From Acidimicrobiaceae bacterium (lineage in GTDB: Bacteria > Actinomycetota > Acidimicrobiia > Acidimicrobiales > Bog-793): a stretch of DNA of 63,084 nucleotides. This document shows, in pieces, positions 39,377 to 49,143 of this stretch. The notes below the pieces were generated by a model that saw only the letters and a list, made by a program, of their open reading frames with translations, was not told where the DNA came from and did not search any database. Each line of letters begins with the position of its first letter. Within the stretch, counting starts at the first letter, position 1. The translations under genes were made by a program, and so were the position numbers. The stretch lies in NCBI GenBank assembly GCA_003140595.1, contig PLKG01000132.1:271-63354 (forward strand), read 5' to 3'.

Positions 39377-40626
39377 CTTCGGCTCTCCTTGAATTCGGAC
39401 TGGTCCCCAAGCGCGCGTGGCGCCCTCACGAGTGTCGCCGACGGGGGAACGTATCGGCAAGCCGGGTCGTCCCCGAGCGGGTCACCGGTGGCCGCGTAGG
39501 CCCGCGCCCTCGACCCGCCGCACTCGTCCGCGTACTCGCACCTGCCGCAGCGGCCGGGGAACTGGGCGCTGCGGATCGCCTGCAGCACCGGATCGTCACG
39601 GTAGATCTGGAGCACACCCCTGTCGCGCACGGTCCCGAGTGAAAGAGGCAGAAAACCGGCCGGGTACACCCGGCCGTCGTGGGCCACGAACACGATGCCC
39701 TTACCGTCACGTGTGCCGGCGGTCGGCGCCAGCACCGGTGAGGTCGGCTCGCCCATCTGTTCACGTAGGCGTGCACGAAGCTCTCGGTAGAGCGGGCCTA
39801 GGGCGAACTCGACCGCCGGGTCGCTGTCCGGCTCTGTCTTTTTGGACCGCCAGTCGCGGACGCGCCGGAAAAAGGGAGCCTCCACGGTCCGTACCGTCAT
39901 CTGGTACCGGGCGGCGTCGACGAGGAAGTGACAGACATCCTCGTACTCGTCGTCGGCGATCTCGGCGACAGCGTTCCCGCGGCCGACGCCGATGAGGAAG
40001 AACACCTCCCAGGTCCTCACCCCGCTGCGGACCAGCAGAGCCGCCAGGTCCGCGAGCTCACCGACGTTCTGTGCCATGACGGCTGAATTGACCTGCACCG
40101 CGAAGCCGTGCTCTTGGAGCAGAGCGATCGCGCGCACCGTCGCGTCAAAGTGGCCGGGGATCTGGCGAACCCGCTCATGTGTCTCGGCAACTGCACCGTC
40201 CAGACTGAGCGATGCGGTCCGGACACCGTTGGCGTACAGCATGGAGAGCTTGGCAGCGTTCAAGCTGGGCGACACCGAAGGCGAGATGGCGACAGGAACA
40301 CCCGCGTGCTGTGCGTACGCGGTCAGCACATCGAGGTCGGGCCTTTGTAGGCAGTCGCCGCCGGTCAGGATCAGGACCGGGACAGGCCGTCCGGCACCCG
40401 CGAGCTCGTCGATGATGGCCTTGCCCTCTTCGGTGCTGAGCTCGTCCGGTGCCGGGTCAGGCTGCGCCACTGCCCGGCAGTGCACGCACGCAAGGGGACA
40501 GGCCTTGGTCGTCTCCCAGAAGACCAGGCGGGGCACTCGATCGAAGGACACAGTCCGACGAACGCGGTCTTCAATCGTTGCGTCTGGTCGAGCTGTCGGA
40601 CCGGTCATCGGATCCCAGTCTGGCAT
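39367..40626 (-). CDS. Radical SAM/SPASM protein (TIGR04053 / AhbD-NirJ-like)
   Basis: WETTKACPLACVHCRA, TGGD, GRCGRCEYADECGGSRARAYA; start uncertain (40608-40686). Confidence 0.85.
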   Translation of the reverse strand: MPDWDPMTGPTARPDATIEDRVRRTVSFDRVPRLVFWETTKACPLACVHCRAVAQPDPAPDELSTEEGKAIIDELAGAGRPVPVLILTGGDCLQRPDLDVLTAYAQHAGVPVAISPSVSPSLNAAKLSMLYANGVRTASLSLDGAVAETHERVRQIPGHFDATVRAIALLQEHGFAVQVNSAVMAQNVGELADLAALLVRSGVRTWEVFFLIGVGRGNAVAEIADDEYEDVCHFLVDAARYQMTVRTVEAPFFRRVRDWRSKKTEPDSDPAVEFALGPLYRELRARLREQMGEPTSPVLAPTAGTRDGKGIVFVAHDGRVYPAGFLPLSLGTVRDRGVLQIYRDDPVLQAIRSAQFPGRCGRCEYADECGGSRARAYAATGDPLGDDPACRYVPPSATLVRAPRALGDQSEFKESRRWA

Positions 40627-40705
40627 CGGCCGCCGCCCTCCGGGCCCCCGGTTTGCCGCAGCGCGGTCGGGCCGGCTCACGTCCACCTTCGTCGGGATCG
40701 TGCGA

Positions 40706-41977
40706 TCACCGCCGTCGGGTCAAAAGGCAACATTGCTTGTACTTCCGAGAGCTTCCGCACGGGCACGGATCGTTGCGACCGGTCACCTGCCATCGCACCC
40801 GGTCCTCGTGCTCGGCCGCTTCGAGCTCTGCGGTGATCTCGAAGATCGGCCTGCCCTGGCGAGCGAGGCTCGCCATGCGCGCGAGGTACGGGAGAATGTG
40901 GCTGTAGAAGCGCTGGTAGCCATCACAGAGGTAGTTGAGACTGGCGTCGCCTTCGGCCCTATTCGAAAAGCGGTCCTTCGGACAACCCCCATGGCACAAA
41001 AAGCCCACGGGACACTCGCGGCATCGGTCAGGCAAGGCGTCGTGCTTGGCCTTGCCGAAGGCGACCTGCCGGGGCGATGTGACCAGATCCGCCAGCCCGT
41101 GGCTTGTCACCTGGCCGAGGCGGTGTGCTGGATCGACGAAGTGGTCGCAGGAGTAGACGCTCCCGTCATGTTCCATGGCGAGGACCTGGCCGCAGGTCTT
41201 GGACATCACGCAGAGGTTTGCCGGCTTGCCCGAGACGACGAGGAAGCACTCGAGGAAATTCTGCACCCCGATGCGCTCGAGGTCGTAGCGGACCCACTCA
41301 TCGAAGACTGTGCAGAGGAACTCCCCCATCGCCTCGGGCGTGACCGAGCGTTCCGACACGCCGCCACCAGGCACCCGCTCCACCACGGGGAGGAATTGCA
41401 CCCACTGCACGTTCTGGTCCAGGAAGAACCGGTAGACCTCCCTCGGGTGAGCCGCCGTCAGGGCGTTCAGCGTGCAGAGCACGTCAGGCTCGATGCCTGC
41501 GGCGCGGAGCAGACGAAGTCCCCTCATCGCTCGCTCGTGGGTGGGCCGGCCATGGCGGTCGGGACGCGAAGCATCGTGCATGGACGCCGGGCCGTCGATG
41601 CTGAGCCCCACCGCGAAGTGCTGCTCGGCCAAGAAGCTGCACCACTGCTCGTCGAGAAGCGTCCCGTTCGTCTGGATGTTGTTGAGACAGCGCCAGCCTG
41701 CCGGCTGGTGCCGCTTCTGGGCCTCCACGACCTGGCGGTAGAACTCGATCCCGGCCAGAGTGGGCTCCCCGCCGTGCCAGCCGAAGTGCACCGTCGGCCC
41801 GGGACTCGCGGCAATGAACGAGGAGATATACGACTCGAGCACCTCCGAGCTCATCCGGAAGTGCTCCCCTCGAGGGAAGAGGCCCGTCTTGGCGAGGTAG
41901 TAGCAGTAGCCGCACTCGAGATTGCAGATCGGCCCGACCGGCTTGGCCATGACGACGAAGGACTCGGACACGCTCAC
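40706..41977 (-). CDS. Anaerobic sulfatase maturase-like radical SAM/SPASM protein with SEC-C motif
   Basis: CNLECGYCYY, WHGGEPTL, YSCDH, CHGGCPK, GRNDPCPCGS. Confidence 0.9.
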   Translation of the reverse strand: MSVSESFVVMAKPVGPICNLECGYCYYLAKTGLFPRGEHFRMSSEVLESYISSFIAASPGPTVHFGWHGGEPTLAGIEFYRQVVEAQKRHQPAGWRCLNNIQTNGTLLDEQWCSFLAEQHFAVGLSIDGPASMHDASRPDRHGRPTHERAMRGLRLLRAAGIEPDVLCTLNALTAAHPREVYRFFLDQNVQWVQFLPVVERVPGGGVSERSVTPEAMGEFLCTVFDEWVRYDLERIGVQNFLECFLVVSGKPANLCVMSKTCGQVLAMEHDGSVYSCDHFVDPAHRLGQVTSHGLADLVTSPRQVAFGKAKHDALPDRCRECPVGFLCHGGCPKDRFSNRAEGDASLNYLCDGYQRFYSHILPYLARMASLARQGRPIFEITAELEAAEHEDRVRWQVTGRNDPCPCGSSRKYKQCCLLTRRR

Positions 41978-42055
41978 CGGCCCACGGGCGGTCTCCCGCC
42001 GGCGATCGAGGTGGCGGCACAGAGTCGCCGCGGGCTCTCAGGTTTCGATCGGTGC

Positions 42056-42084
42056 TGCCGATATATAGTAATGTCGGCACATTA
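42056..42084. promoter_or_regulatory. Overlapping palindromes, candidate MarR operator
   Basis: TGCCGATAT-N6-ATGTCGGCA (42056-42079) and TAATGT-CGGC-ACATTA (42069-42084) in the divergent intergenic region. Confidence 0.5.
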
Positions 42085-42168
42085 GCTAGGAACCGGTGGT
42101 CCGGCCAGCCATATGGCCGACCTAGTAGCTCCGGCAGCTCGGCGGTTCAGGAAAGGGACATCTGTGCG

Positions 42169-42678
42169 ATGAGCGAGGTGACCAGCGCAAGGGATGATTC
42201 GAGCGCTCCGCACCTGCTGGCGGCCCGCCTGCGACTTTCGATGGTCCGCCTGTCCCGCCAGCTGCGCCGGATGGACCCGTCCGAGCTCACCATCGCCCAG
42301 TTCTCCGCTCTGGCCACCGTGGTTCGAAACGGTCCGCTCGGTATCGGCCACCTCGCCGAGATCGAGGGCCTGCCTTCGCCGTCGGCCACCCGGCTCGCCG
42401 ACAAGCTGGAGATCGCAGGCCTCGTCGCCCGCCGCATGAACCCCGCCGACCGCCGTGGAGTGCAGCTCGTAGCCACCCCCAAAGGCTCCGAACTGCTCGA
42501 GCGGCGCGCCCAGATCGGCAATGCCTGGCTTGCTGGGCACCTGAGCGCTCTCGGCAAGGCCGACAGGCTGGCCGTGGAACGAACCGTGACCGTGCTCGAG
42601 TCGTTCGCGACCGAGCGCCCAGGGGAGACCTTGACGGCGGCAGGGGACCGCCACGAATCAAAGGAGATCTTGAGATGA
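42169..42678 (+). CDS. MarR-family regulator
   Basis: LTIAQFSAL, LAEIEG, DRRG; ATG at 42169. Confidence 0.85.
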   Translation: MSEVTSARDDSSAPHLLAARLRLSMVRLSRQLRRMDPSELTIAQFSALATVVRNGPLGIGHLAEIEGLPSPSATRLADKLEIAGLVARRMNPADRRGVQLVATPKGSELLERRAQIGNAWLAGHLSALGKADRLAVERTVTVLESFATERPGETLTAAGDRHESKEILR

Positions 42679-44555
42679 GCATGTTGACGGCAACCCGCCC
42701 GGCCGCGGTAGGACCGCGCTACAAGTGGGTCGTCCTCTCCAACACCACGATCGGGATGCTGCTGGCGACCCTCAACGGGACGAGCCTCATCATCGCCCTC
42801 CCGGTCATCTTCCGGGGGATCCACCTCAACCCGCTGGAGCCGGCCAACTTCCCTTATCTGCTCTGGATCATGATGGGCTACATGCTGGTCTCGGCCGCCG
42901 TAGTGGTGACCGTCGGCCGCATAGGCGACATGTTCGGCCGCGTCCGGATGTACAACCTCGGCTTCGCCTGGTTCACCGTCTCGGCCATCCTCCTGTCGAC
43001 GGTGTGGAGCACGGGATCGAGCGGTGCCCTGGAGCTCGTGATCTTGAGAATGGTCCAGGCCGTCGGAGGGGCGCTCTTGATGGCGAACTCGGCGGCCATC
43101 ATCACCGACGCCTTCCCGGCCGAGCAGCTCGGCTTCGCCCTCGGGATGAACATGGTCGTCGGGATCGTCGGTTCCTTCCTGGGCATCCTCGTCGGCGGGC
43201 TGCTCTCCCAGGTGGGATGGCGCTGGGTGTTCCTCGCCAACGTGCCGGTCGGGGTCTTCGGGACGATCTGGGCCTTCGTCAAGCTGAAGGAGATCGGTAT
43301 CCGCATCAAGGCAAAGCTCGACTGGCTCGGGAACCTCTCCTTTGCCGCAGGACTCGCCATGCTCCTAACCGGCGTCACCTATGGCATCAAGCCCTACGGC
43401 CACTCTCTCACCGGCTGGTCGGACCCCTTCGTGCTGGAGATGATCTTCGGTGGTCTGGCGCTTCTCATCTTCTTCGCCTTCGTAGAGACGAGGGTCGAAG
43501 AACCCATGTTCCGCCTGTCGCTGTTCCGGATCCGGGCGTTCACAGCCGGCAACGCGGCGAACTTCCTGGGCGGCGTCGGGCGAGGCGGCCTCCAGTTCAT
43601 GTTGATGATCTGGTTCCAGGGCATCTGGCTCCCCCAGCACGGCTACAGCTTCACAAGAACCCCGTTGTGGGCCGGGATCTACATGATCCCCTTCATGCTC
43701 GGATTCGTGGTCGCCGGTCCTATTTCAGGCAAGCTGTCGGACCGTTACGGCGCCCGGCTCTTCGCCACGAGCGGGATGCTGCTCACCGCGGCGATGTACG
43801 CGGTGATGATGACTTTCCCGGCCAACTTCTCCTATCTGCCCTTCGCCACGGTCATGTTCGTCTCGGGGATCGGCGGCGGCATGTTCGCCTCGCCGAACAC
43901 GGCCTCGATCATGAACTCGGTCCCGGCCCGCTACCGCGGGGCAGCCTCGGGCATGCGCGTGACCTTCGCCCAGACAGGCTTGCCGCTGTCGATGGGGCTC
44001 TTCTTCACCCTGCTCGTGTTCGGGCTGAACGACAAGGTCCCCTCGGCGATGCTCCACGGCCTCGTCGCACACGGTGTTCCGGTGGCGAGCGCCACCCAGC
44101 TCTCGCACCTGCCGCCGCTCGGCTACATCTTCGCTGCGTTCCTAGGCTACAACCCGCTCAAGAGCTTGCTCGGCCCGGCGGTCCTCAACCACCTCCCCGC
44201 TGGACAGGCGGCCATCATCACCGGGCGCTCGTTCTTCCCCAAGCTCATCGGCCCCTCGTTCAAGGACGCGCTGGTCCTCATCCTCTCCTTCTCCGTGGTC
44301 ATGTGCGTGATCGCAGCGATCGCCTCGGCGCTTCGAGGCCAGAAGTTCATCCACGTGGATGAGGAGTCGATTGCCCAGAAGGCACGCCTCCACCATGGTC
44401 ACGGATTGCGGGTCCACCACGATCGCGATGGCAAAGCCGTCCCGGACCCGGTCGCCAGCGCGGCCGAAGCCGACGGGGCGAACGGCTCGCGGTCAGCTGG
44501 TGAGCTGATCGGATCGGCCCACCCCAGCCCCAACGCGCCCGCTGCGCGAGAGTAG
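42675..44555 (+). CDS. MFS transporter (DHA2-like, 14 TM)
   Basis: GRIGDMFGR, GWRWVFLANVPVG, GKLSDRYG. Confidence 0.9.
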   Translation: MSMLTATRPAAVGPRYKWVVLSNTTIGMLLATLNGTSLIIALPVIFRGIHLNPLEPANFPYLLWIMMGYMLVSAAVVVTVGRIGDMFGRVRMYNLGFAWFTVSAILLSTVWSTGSSGALELVILRMVQAVGGALLMANSAAIITDAFPAEQLGFALGMNMVVGIVGSFLGILVGGLLSQVGWRWVFLANVPVGVFGTIWAFVKLKEIGIRIKAKLDWLGNLSFAAGLAMLLTGVTYGIKPYGHSLTGWSDPFVLEMIFGGLALLIFFAFVETRVEEPMFRLSLFRIRAFTAGNAANFLGGVGRGGLQFMLMIWFQGIWLPQHGYSFTRTPLWAGIYMIPFMLGFVVAGPISGKLSDRYGARLFATSGMLLTAAMYAVMMTFPANFSYLPFATVMFVSGIGGGMFASPNTASIMNSVPARYRGAASGMRVTFAQTGLPLSMGLFFTLLVFGLNDKVPSAMLHGLVAHGVPVASATQLSHLPPLGYIFAAFLGYNPLKSLLGPAVLNHLPAGQAAIITGRSFFPKLIGPSFKDALVLILSFSVVMCVIAAIASALRGQKFIHVDEESIAQKARLHHGHGLRVHHDRDGKAVPDPVASAAEADGANGSRSAGELIGSAHPSPNAPAARE

Positions 44556-44558
44556 GGC

Positions 44559-44975
44559 ATGGGCATAAGAAGCATCGTCGTCGGGACCGACGGCTCGGAA
44601 CCGAGCTACCGGGCGTTCGCGATGGCCGTCGGCTTGGCGGTGCGCGAACAGGGCTGTGTCCACGCCTGCTTCGTCTCCCACGTCCCCGGGGCAGCCGCCC
44701 TCGGCGGGTTCTTCGCGCCTGTCCCTCTCGCCGGTGACGCCGACAGCGACGATCGCCTCGCGCGCTTTGTGACCCAGGAGCTGAGCCAGGCAAGTGTTCG
44801 CGGCGACTTCACCTGCCGCAACGGTGAGATTGCAGCCGAGCTCGAGTTCTTGGCGGAGGATCGCAGGGCCGACCTCATTGTCGTGGGGCGTTCTGCCCAT
44901 CCGGCTCTCCATCTCGGTGGTGTTCCGCGCCAATTGCTCACGCGGGGGCGCTTCCCCATCCTCGTCGTGCCCTGA
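44559..44975 (+). CDS. Universal stress protein
   Basis: IVVGTDGS, ADLIVVGRS, PILVVP. Confidence 0.85.
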   Translation: MGIRSIVVGTDGSEPSYRAFAMAVGLAVREQGCVHACFVSHVPGAAALGGFFAPVPLAGDADSDDRLARFVTQELSQASVRGDFTCRNGEIAAELEFLAEDRRADLIVVGRSAHPALHLGGVPRQLLTRGRFPILVVP

Positions 44976-45093
44976 GCGGACCTGCCTGATTTGTCCGACC
45001 GGGCCGGTTACGAGAGGCGTTGCGCATGCGTGCATGTGAGTCCTCTCGTGGTACTCGGGCACAGATCCTGATGAACACAACCGAGGTCCACCA

Positions 45094-45966
45094 TTGAGCG
45101 GCGTGGCGGCGGTCGGCGACAACGTAGCCGACATCTACGAGTCGCTGGGCTTGAGGTTCCCCGGAGGAAACTGCTTGAACGTCGCCGTGGCCGCTCGCAG
45201 GGGTGGTGTGGAGGCGGCCTATGTCGGTGCGATCGGCACCGACGAGGCGGGCCAGGCCGTCCTTCAGGCGCTGGAGGACGAAGGGGTGAGGACCGACCGC
45301 CTGAGAATCATCAGGGGGATGAACGCCTACTCGGTCGTCGAGCTCGATCGCGGCGACCGGCACTTTGTGGATTTCGACCTCGGCGTCTCCCGATTCATCC
45401 TCGACGAGGGCGACCTCGAGTATCTCGCCCAGTTCGACTGCATCCACTCAGGCTCACGCAGCGGCACCGAGGCCCACTTGGAGGACCTGCGGGATGTCGC
45501 GCGCCTGTCCTTCGACTTCTCGGACCGCCCGCGCGAGTACTACGAGCCCATCCTCGGCAAACTCTGGATGGCGTGTTTCTCGGGAACCCATCTCGACCCG
45601 GTCGGGGTAGACGACCTGACAAGGCGAGCCCTGCGGGCGGGACCCGAGATCGTGCTCGTCACCGCGGGTGCACAGGGAGCGTCGATCTCGACCGCCACGG
45701 GCGAGACCGTCCGCGTCGGGGCGAGTCCGGGCACGCCGCTCGACACCCTGGGAGCCGGCGATGCCGTCATCGGCACGGTGCTCGCAGGGTTGTTGCGCGC
45801 CGACGATCTCGAGACGGTGATGAGCTCTGCCATGTCCGTCGCCACCAAGGTCTGCGCGCAGTACGGCGCTTTCGGGCACGGACGAGCTGTTGCCCGACTG
45901 GGAGAGCGCCGTGTCAGACCGGGACAGGAGGCCCGTCATGTAGGCCCCGACCGGGAGACGACCTGA
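45094..45966 (+). CDS. PfkB sugar kinase (fructoselysine kinase FrlD-like)
   Basis: GDNVADIY, PGGNCLNVAV, DTLGAGD. Confidence 0.8.
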   Translation: MSGVAAVGDNVADIYESLGLRFPGGNCLNVAVAARRGGVEAAYVGAIGTDEAGQAVLQALEDEGVRTDRLRIIRGMNAYSVVELDRGDRHFVDFDLGVSRFILDEGDLEYLAQFDCIHSGSRSGTEAHLEDLRDVARLSFDFSDRPREYYEPILGKLWMACFSGTHLDPVGVDDLTRRALRAGPEIVLVTAGAQGASISTATGETVRVGASPGTPLDTLGAGDAVIGTVLAGLLRADDLETVMSSAMSVATKVCAQYGAFGHGRAVARLGERRVRPGQEARHVGPDRETT

Positions 45967-46705
45967 TAGAAGGCGGCATCTCTGATCACGACCCCGACAT
46001 CTCGACCATCAGCTCGCCGAGACGCAGTCAGGTCAACGGAACGACGAAGTCGCAGCCCGGAACGCTGTCACGAGTCACCGGCTGCGTGGTGAGAAAACTC
46101 ACCCGGACACCCAGCTCGCTCAGCTCCGCGATCGACTCCTCGCCCGGGTGGTTGCCCCGAGATCAACTCTGAGGCCTCCCCCAAGCTGAGAGTCGATTGT
46201 CACCGGCAAAGGGCTTGCCCGGGAAAGGCAGCACTAGGTCGTGCCAGCTCCGGCCGTCGGAGGACTCGGCAAGCCTCATGCCCGGGCCTACCGGCCGAGC
46301 ATCCAGAACGTTCCTGTGCCGCATGACAGGGCAAAGGACGTGGCTCCCGACCGGAACCCGAGCCTCCAGTGCGGCCCCTGTTGAGCGATACCTAGACACC
46401 GCCGAGGGGGTAGCTCCGTCCTCCGTCGCGACGATCGTGCTCGGACAAGCGGCCACAGAGCAGACAGAGCGAGGATCACTGCGAGCAAGAGGAGCGTGCG
46501 GGCCTTCACGATCGTGATTCTGGCAGCGCAACTGCCGATCCGTCGTGCGCACGAAGGCCTCTGAGCAGTGGTTCGGAGGCTCGTCAACCGTTCATGGTCG
46601 CTCGGGCTCGATGCGCGGGGCCGACGCCCCTCACAGCTCGCGTCTGATCGGAGTGACGGGATAAGGTCGCTTCCACATCTCGGCGAACGGGCAAGGAGCA
46701 GTTGG

Positions 46706-47722
46706 ATGCGTATTTTGTTCATCGGCGGCACCGGTCTCATCTCCACTGCGTGCTCTTCGGCGACCGTGTCAGCCGGCCATGAGCTGTGGCTCTTGAACCG
46801 CGGACGGTCACTGCTCCCGACCGCGGTTGCCAAAGACCGTGTGCTGACGGCCGATGCAACCGACGAGGCCCAGGTCAGGGCGGCTTTAGAGGGGCGCGAG
46901 TTCGACGTCGTCGTCCAATGGGTCGGTTACCTCCCGGGCCACGTTGAACAGGACGTCCGGATCTTCGCAGCCGCCGGCCAGTACGTGTTCATCAGTTCGG
47001 CGTCGGTGTACGAAAAGCCCCCTTCGCACTGGCTGATCACCGAGGCGACGCCGACCGTGAACCCTTTCTGGCAGTACTCGCTCGACAAGATCGCGTGCGA
47101 GGAGGTCCTTAAGCGGGCACAGCGTGAATCGGGCTTCCCCGCGACAATCGTCAGGCCCTCGTTGACCTACGGGCCTTCCCAGATCCCTGTTGTCATCGGA
47201 AGTTGGCAGAAGCCGTACACGATCGTCGACCGTATGCGCCGGGGTGCGACGATCATCGTTCCCGGCGACGGGACCAGCATCTGGACTCTGACCCACAACA
47301 GCGACTTCGCCAAGGGCCTGGTCGGACTGTTCGGGCATCCCGGTGCCATCGGCGAGGACTTTCACATCACCTCCGAAGAGAGCCTCACCTGGAACCAGAT
47401 CTATGCGCTCGTGGGCAGGGCTGCAGGCGTCGAGCCGAACATTCTGCACGTCCCAAGTGACGGGATCATCGCGTCGGACGCCGAGGAGGAGGGCAACTTG
47501 TGGGGGGACAAGGCGTACAGCACGGTGTTCGACAACGCGAAGCTGCGCAACCTCGTGCCCGATTTCAAAGCCACAGTCCCGTTCTCGGCCGGAATCCAGG
47601 AAACTGTCGCCTGGTTCGACGCGGACCCGGGCCGCCAGGAGATCGACGCGGCAGCAAACGAACGCTGGGATCGCCTCGCGCGGGTCTACGGAGAAGCCCT
47701 CCTCCGGGCAGCCGGCCGGTGA
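46706..47722 (+). CDS. NAD-dependent epimerase/dehydratase
   Basis: MRILFIGGTGLIS, FISSASVY, YSLDK, RPSLTYG; AAGGAG RBS. Confidence 0.85.
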   Translation: MRILFIGGTGLISTACSSATVSAGHELWLLNRGRSLLPTAVAKDRVLTADATDEAQVRAALEGREFDVVVQWVGYLPGHVEQDVRIFAAAGQYVFISSASVYEKPPSHWLITEATPTVNPFWQYSLDKIACEEVLKRAQRESGFPATIVRPSLTYGPSQIPVVIGSWQKPYTIVDRMRRGATIIVPGDGTSIWTLTHNSDFAKGLVGLFGHPGAIGEDFHITSEESLTWNQIYALVGRAAGVEPNILHVPSDGIIASDAEEEGNLWGDKAYSTVFDNAKLRNLVPDFKATVPFSAGIQETVAWFDADPGRQEIDAAANERWDRLARVYGEALLRAAGR

Positions 47723-47828
47723 CCGGGTCGCCCGACCCCAGTCGTGGTTCTACTGGGCGTTGTCACTTCCGGCTGGGGCAGATTGGTGGCAGGCGTCAGG
47801 CTGATCCATCCGCCTCGGCCGGCGGCGA

Positions 47829-48755
47829 TCAGAAGCTGTGCGTCTTGACGAACTCGATCACGTCGGACAACTTTGCCTCGGCCATCGAGACACAGGTATC
47901 CGCGCAGCCGTAATAGAGACGAAGCGTGTCGTCCGGTTCCATCACCGCGGCGCTCGGGAAGCACACGTTGGGGACGTCGCCGACTCTTTCGTAGCTCTCA
48001 GTTGGAGCTAGGAGGTAGTCCCTGGTGCGGTACAGCACCTTCCAGGGCTCGTCCAGGTCCAAGAGCGCGCCGCCGATGTAGTAGAGGTAGCCGTTGCAAC
48101 TCCTCCACACGCCGTGGTAAATGAGCAGCCAGCCCTCGTCGGTCTCGATCGGAGCCGGACCGGGGCCGGTCTTCAGGCTCTGCCAGCCGCCCATCGGACC
48201 GAGGACGAAACGATGGCAGCCCCAGTGCACAAAGTCCGGGCTCGTCGCGTAGAAGATGTCGCCGAACGGCGTGTGGCCTCTGTCGGACGGCCTGTGGAGG
48301 ATGGCGTATTTCCCGTTGATCTTGCGGGGGAAGACGACGCAGTTGCGGTTGGCCGGGGGCAACAGGTCTTCGCCTTGGGTGAACGTCTCGAAGTCCTTGG
48401 TGGTGGCAAACCCGATCTTCGGTCCTTGGGGACCGGCGTTGCACCAGGTGAGGTAGTACGTGCCCTCCAACAGCGTGAGGCGAGGGTCGTAGCTGTAATT
48501 GCTGACGAAGACCTCCGGATCGTTGCTCAGCATGTGAATCGGGTCAGGGTTGATGGCCCAATCGATGCCGTCCCGGCTGAACCCGACGTGGAGAACGAAG
48601 TCCATGCTGATCTCGTCCACGCGGAACACCCCGGCATAGTCGCCTTGACCTCTCTTGACGATTGCCGAGTTGTGGATGGTGTTGGCCCGGGGGACGGCGC
48701 TCGCGGTCACAATGGGATTGCCGACGTAGCGTTTGAAGACAGTCTCGTTAGCCAT
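47829..48755 (-). CDS. GH130 glycoside phosphorylase (beta-mannoside)
   Basis: NPI, YDPR, NRNCVVFP, HRPSD, YHGV, GDVPNVCFP, YYGCAD. Confidence 0.88.
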   Translation of the reverse strand: MANETVFKRYVGNPIVTASAVPRANTIHNSAIVKRGQGDYAGVFRVDEISMDFVLHVGFSRDGIDWAINPDPIHMLSNDPEVFVSNYSYDPRLTLLEGTYYLTWCNAGPQGPKIGFATTKDFETFTQGEDLLPPANRNCVVFPRKINGKYAILHRPSDRGHTPFGDIFYATSPDFVHWGCHRFVLGPMGGWQSLKTGPGPAPIETDEGWLLIYHGVWRSCNGYLYYIGGALLDLDEPWKVLYRTRDYLLAPTESYERVGDVPNVCFPSAAVMEPDDTLRLYYGCADTCVSMAEAKLSDVIEFVKTHSF

Positions 48756-48798
48756 GGTGTGCCTTTCCTCTTACGCGGGATCCGGACCAGCGCTCATG

Positions 48799-48810
48799 TG
48801 AACCGGTCCA
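48799..48810. promoter_or_regulatory. Candidate LacI operator TGAACCGGTCCA
   Basis: CG-centred near-palindrome upstream of GH130; related TTTAGCGGTTCA at 50407-50418 upstream of GH5. Confidence 0.45.
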
Positions 48811-49143
48811 GAGCCTAGGTCGGGCGACGTGGTGCTTGCTCCCACCTCGCCGGTGGACTCCGGGCGAGAGATCGTTACCTGCGATCCACGAGGCCGGAGG
48901 CCCCACACTTCGAACAGAGGCCGCCACGTAGGTCATCGACCTGATCGGGCTACACTTTCTTAGCGACTTCTTAAAGGACGTGGAACTCATCGTGCTCGGC
49001 CAGTCGGCTCGTCATCATGCACTTCGGAGCCTACTTATCCGTTTCACCTTCCTCCCTGGTGACAGGTACCGGCCGTGACGGCCCCCAGAACGGTGCACCG
49101 AAATCCGCCGGTTTCGCGAGGTGGCGGACAGGAGGAGGTTCCA

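Noticed and set aside
41978-42055. Second fluoride riboswitch upstream of the rSAM-eno operon
   Set aside because: No GATG / AACYGC / GCTGATG arrangement found.
39992-42085. 697-aa + strand ORF
   Set aside because: Antisense to two well-formed radical SAM genes; no motifs.
45967-46700. Short ORFs or a gene remnant between pfkB and the epimerase
   Set aside because: A protein-like - strand fragment with an internal stop is present, but no family was recognisable.
48860-49030. Protein-like fragment (VIDLIGLHFLSDFLKDVELIVLG) in the GH130-LacI gap
   Set aside because: No start context and an in-frame stop just upstream; cannot be assigned.
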